From: Dictyostelium discoideum
Lineage: Eukaryota
NCBI GenBank assembly: GCA_000004695.1
Contig: CM000150.2
Coordinates: 1,920,001-1,984,000, forward strand
Direction of reading: 5' to 3'
DNA length: 64,000 nt
This document shows positions 50,455 through 62,795 of the stretch, piece after piece. How positions within the stretch are numbered: the stretch's first letter is position 1; each line of letters opens with the position of its first letter. The notes under the pieces are model-generated. The model did no database searches. It was not told where the DNA came from and saw only the letters and a program-made list of their open reading frames with translations. The position numbers were made by a program, and so were the translations under genes.

Positions 50455-50527
50455 GCCTGGATGGCTCAGTAGGCAGAGCGAGCGGCTGTTAACCGCTAGG
50501 TCCATGGTTCGATCCCATGTCTAGGCG
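50455..50527 (+). tRNA. tRNA-Asn (anticodon GTT), copy 2. It is identical to copy 1.
   Basis: A 73/73 nt match to 36750-36822. The ~35 bp immediately upstream are also similar (aggagcaaaaaaa.gaaa.ttcatcaaaaatg). Confidence 0.9.
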
Positions 50528-50716
50528 ATATTTTTTTTAAGGTTTTTCCATTTAAAAAACAAAAAAAAAAAACCGAAAAAACAAAGAAATAAACGAGAAT
50601 TTATACATATAATAAATAAATCACTGTTATATCTTCACCGCCACATTCATTCCTCTTAATTTTACCCTTTTTTTGCTCAGTAAAGCAAGGGCTATCGTCC
50701 TATATACTTTTCAACA

Positions 50717-51925
50717 ATGGCTGATGATCACTCAACTGAATTACAGTTAAATCATACAGATAACAACACAACCAATACAAATAATACCTCCACAACCTCA
50801 ACAACAAAAAACAAAAGTGCAAAAATCGACACACCTAAAAAACAAACCCCAACAAACCAACTCTCACTAAACAAAGGACTTGATAATCAATTAGATATCA
50901 TTGCACCTCCATCAATCACAAGACCACTCTCTTTCTTAGAAAAAAACAATAACACCATCAACATTAAGTGTTACTTTAATCAACCACACATCCGTGAAGA
51001 ATTAACCTCAAAAGATGACACAAGAATTCAACAAATTCACAAAAACATTCACAAACTCTTCGAAGATATACTGTCGCCATCAGCATTCAAAATAATTGGT
51101 GCAACTGCCTTCGTAAATTGCAACGTTGATAAATTAACTTCAATAATCAACCTTCAAAACCAACTTGCACTAAATATCGACAAACTCAACTATAGATTCG
51201 ATATATCATCAAATGATTATGCAATCATTAAAACATTCATTAAAACGTACTCACCCAAACATGCAAACGATGCAATTACAAACAACCTCACTAAATTCAC
51301 CAGTTGTACATCAATTGAATCATTTACTGTCACATACTCATATGCTGTTGCGTTGAAAAGCTACATTATAACATATCATCTAATTGATCACACACACAAC
51401 ATTGTTGATCAAAAGATCGAACAACCATCTGGTATCACAAGATATATCAAAGCTGCAACACGTAGTGTCACTAAACACAAAATTCAACATGCAAAAAATG
51501 CAGATATGGCAACAACTATAAAAAATGCCATCACAAACCCAAACATGAACAAAAACAATCAACCACCAAAAAACAACATTAACACCCCACCAATCAACGA
51601 AATTGCAAATTCCAACCGCAATAATAACTCACTTCAAAATAGTGGTTCAAAAGCTATACTAAATGAATCACTTGATATTAACAATCAATCCCAAAACAAT
51701 AATGAAATTTCACACAAAAGTGATTCTTCAAATAATAATAACGGGAAAAACTCATTATCAATAAGCAATCCAACCGATCCAACAATTGTACCACAAAAAC
51801 CTCTACAATCTCAACCAAACAAACCAAGTGCACCAACTCCAAATCCAATAAATACAAGAAGAAGCAGCAATGCCCTGACTACACAACCAGTCAATACTGG
51901 TGCTGCCAAACCTAGTAAGGTATGA
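50717..51925 (+). CDS. TRE3 ORF1 (402 aa).
   Basis: ORF track. Its stop overlaps the ORF2 start (gtATGAgc). Confidence 0.75.
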   Translation: MADDHSTELQLNHTDNNTTNTNNTSTTSTTKNKSAKIDTPKKQTPTNQLSLNKGLDNQLDIIAPPSITRPLSFLEKNNNTINIKCYFNQPHIREELTSKDDTRIQQIHKNIHKLFEDILSPSAFKIIGATAFVNCNVDKLTSIINLQNQLALNIDKLNYRFDISSNDYAIIKTFIKTYSPKHANDAITNNLTKFTSCTSIESFTVTYSYAVALKSYIITYHLIDHTHNIVDQKIEQPSGITRYIKAATRSVTKHKIQHAKNADMATTIKNAITNPNMNKNNQPPKNNINTPPINEIANSNRNNNSLQNSGSKAILNESLDINNQSQNNNEISHKSDSSNNNNGKNSLSISNPTDPTIVPQKPLQSQPNKPSAPTPNPINTRRSSNALTTQPVNTGAAKPSKV

Positions 51926-52731
51926 GCTCAAAAATCAACTTTATAACATGGAATTGTAGAGGATTCACTGAAAACCCAAACAATCAACACAATTCCTACC
52001 AAAAAGCTGTTGACACACTACAACTACTTATATCAAAACTTCCACCTCGTCCAACAATCTCAATACTCACTGAACTCAATTCATCACCATTACAACTTAA
52101 ACATGATTTTCCCGATCACATCATCTCTGTCACCAAACGAGGAAATGGTGTAATCATCATTAACCATAACCCAAACACACTCAAACTCAAACACATATCA
52201 ACAATTGATGGTAGAGCTATTTTAGCAGACGTTATATTTCCAAATCAATTACCAATTGGTATTCTTGGAATTTACGCACCAGCATCAAATAATACCATCA
52301 AAAAGAATTCATATGCAACTTCACTACAAACACTTCTCCACAACCACTCAACAAACCCAATACCAAACCAATCCCAACATGTATCTATTATCGCAGGAGA
52401 TTTCAACTGTATCCACGACGACAATTCACTATTAGACGATATTATCCAATCCTACACATACCAACACCATCTAATTGATCAAGGTGAATTTAAAAACACT
52501 CCAACTCATACACATGGCAACAGATTAGATAGAATATATACTCAATACAATAGAATAGACCCTGAAAATATATATACACAAGTCCACCAAATTCCATCTT
52601 CATTATCAGATCATAATCCAATATCAACAACAATTTCTTCACCTTTTCAAATAAATAAACATAAGAAAAGATGGATATTATACCTGGTACTGCAAATGAC
52701 CATGAAGCAATCAATATTATCAATCATTTAA
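51922..52731 (+). CDS. TRE3 ORF2, endonuclease (APE-like) part.
   Basis: ORF track: ITWNCRGF...GDFNCIHDDNS...LSDHNPI. The 3' end overlaps the RT ORF in a different frame. Confidence 0.7.
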   Translation: MSSKINFITWNCRGFTENPNNQHNSYQKAVDTLQLLISKLPPRPTISILTELNSSPLQLKHDFPDHIISVTKRGNGVIIINHNPNTLKLKHISTIDGRAILADVIFPNQLPIGILGIYAPASNNTIKKNSYATSLQTLLHNHSTNPIPNQSQHVSIIAGDFNCIHDDNSLLDDIIQSYTYQHHLIDQGEFKNTPTHTHGNRLDRIYTQYNRIDPENIYTQVHQIPSSLSDHNPISTTISSPFQINKHKKRWILYLVLQMTMKQSILSII

Positions 52732-55700
52732 TAACTAATCACAATAACACATCAATCAATCAATTTACAAACTGGTCAAAAGTAAAATCAAAAATTATTA
52801 AAACTCTAAAAAACTATCAATATAACAAAGACAAACAAACTCAACGTGCAAAACAAATACTATTAGAAAAAGCAGCAAAATTCAAACATCTTGAAGAACA
52901 ATGCATCGCTGAATACAATATTATATGTAACAAAAACAAATTACATCAAAACCACACAAACATATTAAAAAAACATATAAATGGAGAAATACCTAGCAAG
53001 TATCTATCAGCAATACTAAACAAAAGATCAAAAGATGCAAAAATTGAATCAATCCAATATGGTAACATAATTACATCCGACCCCGACCAAATTGAAAATG
53101 CGTTTGTTGAATTCTACACAAATCTATATAGCTTACAAATATGTTGTCCAATTACTCACCAGCTCATGCTAAACACATGGCCCATCATAAAAAATGAATA
53201 TTGGAATGGTTTAGACTCACCATTTATACAAGATGAAGTTGAAGCTGCAATTAAAACCTGTAACCCCAACAAATCACCCGGTCCAGATGGCGTTACAAAT
53301 GCATTCTACATTAATCATTTAAACCAAGTTAAACCAATTCTCACTACATTATTCAACGATATACTAGAAAATCCTCACCACATCACAACAGAATTCACAG
53401 AAGGTCTTATACACACAATATACAAGAAAGGCAACCCCTTACTCATATCAAATCGTCGTCCCATTACACTTCTAAACACTGATTACAAGATCCTCTCAAA
53501 AGTAATCAATGCACGTCTTCTGAGAATACTTCCTTTCATCATCAACAACAACCAAACTGGTTTCGTACCCCACAGATTCATCATAGACAACATCATCAAC
53601 ATCAATGAATTAATCAACTACCTCAAATCTAAAAACCTCCCTGGTATCATCACACTATTTGACTTCTTTAAAGCATTTGATTCTATCTCTCACGATAGCA
53701 TTAAAAGAACATTAATTCATATTGGTATACCAATAAAATTAATAAATTTAATCCACAAGCTATTATCTGACTCACAAGCAAAAATTTCAATTAATGGTAA
53801 AACGACCAGAAAATTCGATATTAAAAGAGGTGTAAAACAAGGTGACCCAATCTCAGCCACTTTATTTGTAATTGTAATTGAAATATTAGCAAGAACAATA
53901 AATGCAGACAATTCAATAATTGGATTACCAATTTCACCCAATCCACAAATTAAAATCAAATTTACCCAATTTGCAGACGACTCTACAACATACAACATCA
54001 ACTACGAACAACAACAACAATCAATCAAACATTTCGATAATTTCTGCGCTTCAACATCATCATCTTTAAATTTTGACAAAAGTGCAATAATAGAAATCAA
54101 CCCCCACAAAATCACTGATAAACACATAATAAACAACATTCCACAATCAAAAAGAATTCCAATAACCAAAAAAGATCAATCAGAAAGAGTTCTTGGCTAT
54201 TTCTTTAATCATAATGGTTTACATAGGAAATTTCCAGAAACAATGAAAACACTGATTAAATCATTAGTGCTATGGAAAACTAGTGGCACAACATTAAAAA
54301 CAAAAACAACCATCATAAACACCTACTCACTATCACCAATAACATATTTATCATACCTTGAAGAATTTACAAAAGATGAAGAAATTCAAATTAATAAATT
54401 AATCTCATGGTTTATGAATTCTCCCGCAAATTCTGAATCACCAACTCTCGATACCAATTCCATTGAAAACAACACATCAACCATCCATTCACGTGCAAAA
54501 ATACCTTTGATGTGTTATGATAGATCATTAAAACCATTAAAAGAAGGAGGTTGGGGTATGTGGAATATCCAATTACGACAAGTTGCTCAAAAGATTTGGA
54601 TATACAACAGATTTTTACAAATGCATAAATCTGCAAACAATTCAATATACATGATAAGTTGGATGGATCAAATCATCAACAAATCAATCTCTTCTCCATA
54701 CCTTATAAAAATAAAAAAAGAATGGGAAAACTATGCAACTCAAATTGGACATCTAAAAGATAAAGTTCAAATCCTACAACCAATATTAACAAAAAACCAA
54801 CCCTCTCAAACATTAAACACAAATAATATTTCACTACCACCAACACTCAAAGAAATCTACTCGACAATACTAAACAATCACCAATGCAAATCAAAAGACT
54901 ATATTGGCAAGAAATATTCAGATCTACTTCTTACTTCGCACCAACAATCAATACAACTATTATGGAAATACACATACGACCAACTTTTTGTCAAAATTCA
55001 AAAATTAAAAGATCCAAAAGGCCGAGATACAATGCAAAGATTCCATGCTAGATGTCTTCCGATTAATCATCTACACAACAAAGTTTGCCCCATTTGCAAC
55101 AATGAAATGAATAATGATCCCTATGGTCATTTGTTTTTCAATTGTCAGCACACAATCAACTTCATTAACCACGACAAATTAAAATATTTTATATATAAAA
55201 ATTGCAATGGAAACAAAAACTGGTCACTAACAAAAAACCAAACAACAAAATTATACACACTCATTTATAAACCACAAACAAACAACAAAGCATTTAAACC
55301 AGATCCAACTATCAATATTAATTTTCATTTTGCAGAAAACGCACAATATAAAAAATACAGGTTCAACTGGAATTATATAAACACAAATCTTGATCTAGTC
55401 AGAACACATGCATATTGGAACATAATCTCATTAGTTATTCACCAAATATGGATATGGTTATGCAAATCATTATTTGACATCAATATAACTCAATCAATTG
55501 ACAATTGGAACAACCAAATAAACAACACAACACTAGATTATGATATATTAAAATCAAAATGGCACAAGCTAATAAGATTGGAATATTCAAGAAGGTTATC
55601 AAACTTTAACCAATTCTCAATTAAAAACAACCTCACAAAAACTCAAAAAGAAACCCAATGGTCCGAAACCATCAAAAAATTTAAAAAAGAATGGAGCATA

Positions 55701-55748
55701 AACACTAATGAACCAATTCCAACAATTACACCACCAATTAATTATTAA
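52671..55748 (+). CDS. TRE3 ORF2, reverse-transcriptase part (1025 aa).
   Basis: ORF track. The RT and zinc-knuckle motifs are as listed for the TRE3 mobile element at 50554-55876. Confidence 0.75.
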   Translation: MDIIPGTANDHEAINIINHLITNHNNTSINQFTNWSKVKSKIIKTLKNYQYNKDKQTQRAKQILLEKAAKFKHLEEQCIAEYNIICNKNKLHQNHTNILKKHINGEIPSKYLSAILNKRSKDAKIESIQYGNIITSDPDQIENAFVEFYTNLYSLQICCPITHQLMLNTWPIIKNEYWNGLDSPFIQDEVEAAIKTCNPNKSPGPDGVTNAFYINHLNQVKPILTTLFNDILENPHHITTEFTEGLIHTIYKKGNPLLISNRRPITLLNTDYKILSKVINARLLRILPFIINNNQTGFVPHRFIIDNIININELINYLKSKNLPGIITLFDFFKAFDSISHDSIKRTLIHIGIPIKLINLIHKLLSDSQAKISINGKTTRKFDIKRGVKQGDPISATLFVIVIEILARTINADNSIIGLPISPNPQIKIKFTQFADDSTTYNINYEQQQQSIKHFDNFCASTSSSLNFDKSAIIEINPHKITDKHIINNIPQSKRIPITKKDQSERVLGYFFNHNGLHRKFPETMKTLIKSLVLWKTSGTTLKTKTTIINTYSLSPITYLSYLEEFTKDEEIQINKLISWFMNSPANSESPTLDTNSIENNTSTIHSRAKIPLMCYDRSLKPLKEGGWGMWNIQLRQVAQKIWIYNRFLQMHKSANNSIYMISWMDQIINKSISSPYLIKIKKEWENYATQIGHLKDKVQILQPILTKNQPSQTLNTNNISLPPTLKEIYSTILNNHQCKSKDYIGKKYSDLLLTSHQQSIQLLWKYTYDQLFVKIQKLKDPKGRDTMQRFHARCLPINHLHNKVCPICNNEMNNDPYGHLFFNCQHTINFINHDKLKYFIYKNCNGNKNWSLTKNQTTKLYTLIYKPQTNNKAFKPDPTININFHFAENAQYKKYRFNWNYINTNLDLVRTHAYWNIISLVIHQIWIWLCKSLFDINITQSIDNWNNQINNTTLDYDILKSKWHKLIRLEYSRRLSNFNQFSIKNNLTKTQKETQWSETIKKFKKEWSINTNEPIPTITPPINY

Positions 55749-56748
55749 TTACCTAATCTAAAATAACATACTATTTTAAATTCACAAAAACTAAAAAACC
55801 TAAAATAAATAAATAAAAATAACATACTAGTTGTATACTACAATAGTTTATTTATATCAAAAAAAAAAAAAAAAAAGTTTTTCCATTTGTCGCATGTTCG
55901 ATTCTCTATCAAATGGGAGATTTATAAAAGAATTAACCTATTTTTGCAATTGTGATTTCCTTTTATGAATTAACACTAATTAATCAATATTAAAAAAAAA
56001 AAGGTTTTGCGATAATAAATTAATATTAAAATAATAAAAAAACATTCCCTTTTTATAAATAATAATTTAGGATGCAAGTAATTTTAGAAATGTGAATAAA
56101 TAAAATTACGAAAATATTAATGAATAATAAAAAAAAAATTGTTTAGAAAAAAAAAAAAAAAAAAAAAAATGGAATATTTTTTGATAAAAAAAAATAAAAT
56201 AAATAAAATAAAATCTGAGTTAATTTTTTTTTATTACAAATTATCTGATGAACGATCTGGTTTGCGTAAAAAAAAAAAAAAAAAAAAAAAAAATCGATTG
56301 CCCATTTAAATTAATTAACCACCTTTAAATTTTGTGTAAAAACAATTTTGATTATTTTTTAAATTTTATTTTTTATTTGCAGTTATTCTTTTTCTCAAAT
56401 TATTAATTAATCACGCAAAAAAAAAAAAAAATTACGATCTGTGGATTCTTTTTTTTTTTTTTTTTTGCAAACCAAAGACAATAACTGCTTTGAAAAAAAA
56501 AAAAAAAAAAAAAAAAAAAAGATTTTTTTTAATTTTTTATTTTTGGTTCTTTTTTTTTTCTTATAAAAAATATCTAAAAAATAAAAATTTTTTTTTTTTT
56601 TTTTTTTTTTTTGATTTTATTTTTATTTTTATTTTATTCATATTGGAAATTAAATTTATCTATTTAAATTTTATCATAATTAATTTTGTATGTATTATCT
56701 TTTCTAAAACAATTGTTTTCAAACCAATCTATTTTTGCACCCAACGAA

Positions 56749-56783
<35 letters not shown>

Positions 56784-56862
56784 CCAAACCACAACAATAT
56801 TCGCATAATACAGATAATTAACAAATTTAAATTATAATCACACTATTAGATATTTGAATTTT

Positions 56863-56903
<41 letters not shown>

Positions 56904-57357
56904 AATAAATCAAATCAAAAAAACTATTTTTTTTTTTTTTTCTATTTTTTAATTTTTTTTTTTTCCACATAATTCAAATCTTTTTTTTTTTTTTTTTTCT
57001 TTTTAAAAAAAAAATACAAAATTTTATTTCAATCCAAAAAACCCACACATATCAAACACATAAATAGTAAAATCAATATTTTTTTTTTTTTTTTATACAA
57101 ATCACACACACACACTAGCACAAACATAATTTTTCTCTTTTCTTTTTTCTATTTTATATTTTTTTTTTTTTCAAAAAATTATTATAACCCACCCTAACAA
57201 TTTTTAATTTTATTGTATAGCTTTTTTTTCTTTTTTTTTTTTTTTTTTTTTTTTTCAAAATTTATTCTTGTAAATAATAATAATTGTATAATAAATATAA
57301 ATAAATAAATAATAATAAATAGTAATAATAAATAATAATAAATTAATAAATAAATAA

Positions 57358-57387
<30 letters not shown>

Positions 57388-57388
<1 letters not shown>

Positions 57389-58925
57389 TGTCAACAGCAC
57401 CAATTAAACATGAAGGTTTCCTCACTAAAGAAGGTGGTGGTTTCAAAAGTTGGAAAAAGAGATGGTTCATTCTCAAAGGTGGTGATTTAAGTTATTATAA
57501 AACAAAAGGTGTAAGTATAATTAATTAATTTATAAATTTTTTTTTTTTTAAAATAATAGAAAAAAAAAATCTAAAATATATTTTTTTATTTTATTTTTTA
57601 TTTTTATTTTATTTTAGGAACTTGTACCATTAGGAGTTATTCATTTAAATACATCAGGTCATATTAAAAATTCTGATCGTAAGAAAAGAGTTAATGGATT
57701 TGAAGTACAAACACCATCACGTACATATTTCTTATGTTCAGAGACAGAGGAAGAACGTGCAAAATGGATAGAGATATTAATTAATGAAAGAGAATTATTA
57801 TTGAATGGTGGTAAACAACCAAAGAAATCGGAAAAGGTAGGAGTTGCAGATTTTGAATTATTGAATTTAGTTGGTAAAGGTAGTTTTGGTAAAGTTATTC
57901 AAGTTAGAAAGAAAGATACTGGTGAAGTGTATGCAATGAAAGTTTTATCAAAGAAACATATCGTAGAGCATAACGAAGTCGAACATACATTGAGTGAGCG
58001 TAATATTCTTCAAAAGATCAATCACCCATTTTTGGTTAATCTCAACTACAGTTTTCAAACAGAGGATAAGCTTTACTTTATCTTGGATTATGTTAATGGT
58101 GGTGAGTTATTCTATCATCTTCAAAAGGACAAAAAGTTTACAGAGGATCGTGTCCGTTATTATGGCGCAGAGATCGTATTGGCATTGGAACATTTACATT
58201 TGTCGGGTGTCATCTATAGAGATTTGAAACCAGAGAATTTACTACTCACCAACGAGGGTCACATTTGCATGACCGATTTCGGTCTTTGCAAAGAGGGTCT
58301 ATTGACACCAACCGACAAAACTGGTACTTTCTGTGGTACTCCTGAATATTTAGCACCCGAAGTACTTCAAGGCAATGGTTATGGTAAACAAGTGGATTGG
58401 TGGAGTTTTGGTTCTCTCCTCTATGAAATGCTCACTGGTTTACCACCATTCTACAATCAAGACGTCCAAGAGATGTATCGTAAGATCATGATGGAGAAAT
58501 TATCTTTCCCACATTTCATTTCTCCAGATGCTCGTTCCCTCTTGGAACAACTCTTGGAAAGAGATCCTGAAAAAAGACTTGCCGATCCAAATCTTATTAA
58601 AAGACATCCTTTCTTCCGTTCCATCGATTGGGAACAATTATTCCAAAAGAATATTCCACCACCATTCATTCCAAATGTTAAAGGTTCTGCTGATACCTCT
58701 CAAATTGATCCAGTTTTCACTGATGAAGCTCCTTCTTTAACTATGGCTGGTGAATGTGCTTTAAATCCGCAACAACAAAAAGATTTTGAAGGTAATTATT
58801 AATTTAAAAAAAAAAAAAAAAAAAAAATCAAATCAAATTATCTTATAATATTAATATATTCTTTTTTTATTTATTTTTTCAATTTAGGATTTACATATGT
58901 CGCTGAATCTGAACATTTAAGATAA
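57388..58925 (+). CDS. pkbA: Protein kinase B / Akt homologue (PH domain + AGC kinase + hydrophobic motif). CDS join(57388..57510,57618..58791,58888..58925), 444 aa.
   Basis: Exon 1 (MSTAPIKHEGFLTKEGGGFKSWKKRWFILKGGDLSYYKTKG) is the start of a PH domain. Exon 2 carries the kinase core (GKGSFGKV...HRDLKPEN...DFG...GTPEYLAPE). A 38-nt terminal exon supplies the FEG-FTYVAES hydrophobic motif and the stop. The donors are GTAAGT and GTAATT. PH + AGC architecture and a 444-aa length match what I recall for D. discoideum PkbA. Confidence 0.8.
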
Positions 58926-59021
58926 ATTTAATAAATGATTTTAAAATAATAAAAAAAAAAAAAAAAAAAAAAAAAAATTATTTAAATAACTGTGTTATTT
59001 TTATAAATTTAAATAATAAAA

Positions 59022-59029
<8 letters not shown>

Positions 59030-59113
<84 letters not shown>
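59030..59113. repeat. (AAT)n intergenic microsatellite, 3' of pkbA.
   Basis: A direct read. Confidence 0.85.
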
Positions 59114-59117
<4 letters not shown>

Positions 59118-59346
59118 TAATAAAAGTGTATAATGGTTTTTTAAAATAATTTTAGTGTTAGAATAAGTTTCCGTCTTTGGTAAAAAAAAAAGTTTCAAGA
59201 ATATTTTTATTTTTATTTTTTTTTTTTAAAACAATTAAAATATTTTTTAATTCTTTATTTTTTTTTATTCTTCATTTTTTTATTCTTTATTAATTTTATA
59301 AATATTTTTCTTTTTTTTTTTAAAATTTTATTTTAAATATTTTAAA

Positions 59347-60121
59347 ATGAAATTTAATAGCATTTCACCAAATAAACAACATCATACAGGATTTACAACA
59401 TCAAACAATGAAAATTTAAATCAACAATTAAACCAAGTATTAATATTATTACAAAGTTTGTATATTTTTTATTTTTTTATTTTTTATTTTTTTTTTATTA
59501 TTTTAATTTTAATATACTAAAACATTTATTTTAATATTATAATTTTCAATAGCACTTCAATCCCAAGCAAAAAAGATAGCTTCTTTTCAAAATCAAACAT
59601 ATGAATGGAATTTAAAACATCATCAAAATTTAAAAAATGTTTTAAAATCATTTAATAGACTTAATTCAATTATTGATAGTAAAGGATCAAATAATGAATT
59701 AAATGAAAAGGACAACAATGAATTTGAAAATGGAGTAACATTTCATCAGAAAATTATTAATACATATGATCCATTAGACCCATTTTCAGAAGAATTAGAA
59801 AATTTAATTATGCAAATTGATAGGGGTTTATTTCATCAACTTAGAGATGATTCTCTTGAAATCATTTATCCTTTCATATTAAAATGGTTAAAAGAAAATA
59901 ACTCATTAGTTTTATCTTTGGTATTAATTTGGGAATCATCAACAAAGTTTCATTATTTATTAAATAAAAAAAAATTTAAAGAAATTAATAAAAAGATTTT
60001 AGATTGTATAGTTGATTATGAAAATAAAGGAATTATTTCAACTCTAATCAACCAAAATGAATTTCCATTTTCAGATGACGAATATAATAATTTAAAAAAG
60101 TTTTTAAATGATTATTCATAA
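59347..60121 (+). CDS. Hypothetical protein (~225 aa). CDS join(59347..59455,59553..60121).
   Basis: Exon 1 is MKFNSISPNKQHHTGFTTSNNENLNQQLNQVLILLQ. A 97-nt AT-rich intron has a GTTTGT donor. Exon 2 is the only stop-free frame after the acceptor CAATAG and joins ORF 59810-60121. I do not recognise any domain. Confidence 0.45.
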
Positions 60122-60365
60122 AAAAAAAAAAAAAAAAAAAAATTTTTTAAAGACCACAATTTCATTTCATGTATATTAAATCAGTTATAATAAAATAATA
60201 TATTAGTTAATTATGCCTCTAACTGAAAAAAAAAAAAAAAAAAAAAATAAAAAATAAAAAAAAAAAAAAAATTATATAAAACAATGACGTTTTTTTTTTT
60301 TTAAATCTTAATTTTAATTGGATTAGATCCCATTTCCAAACTGATTATTATTTTTTTTTTTTAAA

Positions 60366-60400
<35 letters not shown>

Positions 60401-60457
60401 CTCAAAATTAATATCTATATAAATAATGTCAACAAATAATTCCAATTTTAATTTTGA

Positions 60458-62481
60458 ATGGAAATCTTCATCAACTCCAACAAAAAAAGGTAATTTTTAA
60501 ATTTTTTTTTTTTTTTTAATCTTTTTAATTTATTTTAAAATAAATTATTTTTTTTATTTTTTATTTTTTATTTTTAGAAACAGATGATCAAGAATATAAT
60601 ATTTTATTATTGGGTGTAACTGGAAGTGGTAAATCAACTTTTATTAATTCTGCTTATAATTATTTAAAATATTCATCATTAGAAGAGGCAATTGCAAAAG
60701 GTGATATTAATAAAATGTTTATTATACCAACAAAAATTAATATGACTGATTCAAAATCTATTAATTATTCATTTTCAATAAATGGTTCATCAATGATTCA
60801 AACAAATAATGAAATTGGTAATAAAAGTAATGAAAATGGTAAATCAATGGTTGATAATAATGAAATGAATCCAGATCAAATTAAAATTGGTGAATCAGTT
60901 ACTAGGGTTCCAAAAAAGTATCCATTAATTTATAATGGTAGATTATATAACTTAATTGATACATGTGGAATTGGTGACACTCGTGGTATTCAACAAGATT
61001 CTATAAATTTTGAATTAATATTATCACAAATTTCACAATTAAAATATTTACATGGTATATGTATTTTTATGAAACCAAATGATAGTAGATCAACAATCCT
61101 ATATAAATGGTGTTTAAGTGAATTGTTAACTAAATTACACCATTCAGCTAAAGATAATATTATGTTTTGTTTTCCAAATTCTCGTGGTACATTCTTTCGT
61201 TCAGGTGATTCTCAACTAACTTTAAAAAATTATTTACAACAATTAAAGTTAGACTTAAATATTGATATTGAAAATAGTAATAATTGTAATTTTACAAATA
61301 GATCATTAGAGAGTAGAGAATTTTATTTTGATAATGATGCACTTCATTTCTTGGCTGTAAAATCACAAGGCGGTCATTTCGATCAAACTGAACAAGCTCA
61401 ATATCATTATAGTTGGACAAAATCTTCAGTTTCTTTGAAAAGATTACTTACTAAAATTCAAAGTATGCCACCACATGATGTAAGAAATACAATTTCAATT
61501 AATTATGCAAGGGAAATGATTTCACAATTGGCAAAACCAATGTCGGTTTGTTTAAAAAATATTAATGATAATTTAAATGAAATTAATAAACACAAGAAAA
61601 AATTAAGAAAATCTTTACATCAAGTTTCATTAAATCAACAACAACAAAATCAAAATCAAAATAACATAACAATTGGTTCGACAGATTTGAGTGTAGTTAA
61701 TGATTTAATTTCAAAAGAATTACAAGAAAGTTTATTTATTCCAATTATTCAAGTTACATCAATGCCATTATCTCGTCCAAAAGCAGTTTGTATAAATTCA
61801 TTTTGTATTGAAAAAGAAAAATATAAATTATCAAGACAAATTGAATTCCCATCATCATCGTCCTCCTCTGATTCAAATGATGATAATGATGATTCAAATT
61901 CAACAAATAAAATTAGATTTTGTTGTGAAAATTGTTTTGGGGGCTTATTAGGAAATCTTTATTTATGTTTTAGCTATGATGTAAATGGTAAATGTAAAAG
62001 TTGTTATAAATCAAATGGTTCTTTATGTCATCATTCTGATCATATAATTATTAAATCAATTGAATCAAACAATCCAATTAAAAATCAACCTCTACAACAA
62101 CATCAATCAAATGATAGTTTTGAAAATATTAAAGAAAATACTAATCAATTAATTAAACAATTAAAAGAAAGAAAAAAACTATATGAAAAAGAATTTCAAG
62201 AGATTTCAAATGCATCTGTTCATTTCTCATTATTTCTCTCCAAGAATTCATTAATTCAAGTTAATAATGAATATGAAAATTTTATTAATTTACAAATTTC
62301 AAATGAAAAATCTCAAGACTCAATTAAAATATTGGTTAAACATTTACAAGATTATAAGATTCAAGTTGATTCACAAAGAAAAGCAATAGAATCTGAACTC
62401 AATTATTTTTTTATTTTTAGTAAAGAAAAAAAAAAAAAAAAAAAAAAAAAAAGGGTTATTTTTGTTTTTTTTTTTTTTTAA
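60458..62481 (+). CDS. P-loop GTPase (G1 motif LLLGVTGSGKSTFINS, G3 motif DTCGIGD) with a C-terminal Cys-rich region. CDS join(60458..60488,60578..62481).
   Basis: An 89-nt intron (GTAATT...TTTTTAG) is bounded by a phase-1 junction. Only the ATG at 60458 (MEIFINSNKK|ETDDQEY...) splices in frame to the G-domain ORF. The upstream ATG at 60426 is in another frame. The G1 motif resembles IIGP/septin/AIG1-type GTPases. The family is unresolved. Confidence 0.5.
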
Positions 62482-62795
62482 AGGAAATCTAAAACTATTA
62501 TTTCTCCTTAAACGAAATTGAATTCAATCTAGATTTTTTTGTTTCTAATTGTGATTTTTTTTTTTTTTTTTTTTTTAAATCCTTAAATATTGGTTTGTGG
62601 AAAACTGATTAAAAAAAAAAATCTTTATTTAAACTGTTTTTATATTAAAAAAAAAAAAAAAGAAATAATTTTTAATATCCTGTTAATTTTTTTCAAAATA
62701 TATATATAAATATTGGTTTAAATTTTAATATAATTACCTTAAATATATTTAGTTGAAATAAAACTTTTCTTTTCTTTTTTTCAAACTTTTTGTTT

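Larger units (their letters stand above)
50554..55876 (+). mobile_element. TRE3-type non-LTR retrotransposon inserted 26 bp downstream of tRNA-Asn copy 2.
   Basis: A 5323-bp insert is flanked by direct repeats gtttttccattt (50542-50553 and 55877-55888). It has a 3' oligo(A) at 55860-55876. ORF1 (402 aa) overlaps ORF2 by ATGA. ORF2 is split into an endonuclease ORF and an RT ORF by a frame change near 52671-52731. The RT motifs are NRRPITLLNTDYKILSKVINARL and FADDSTT, and the C-terminal Cys motif is CPICNNEMNNDPYGHLFFNCQH. The subfamily (A-D) is not determined. Confidence 0.8.
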
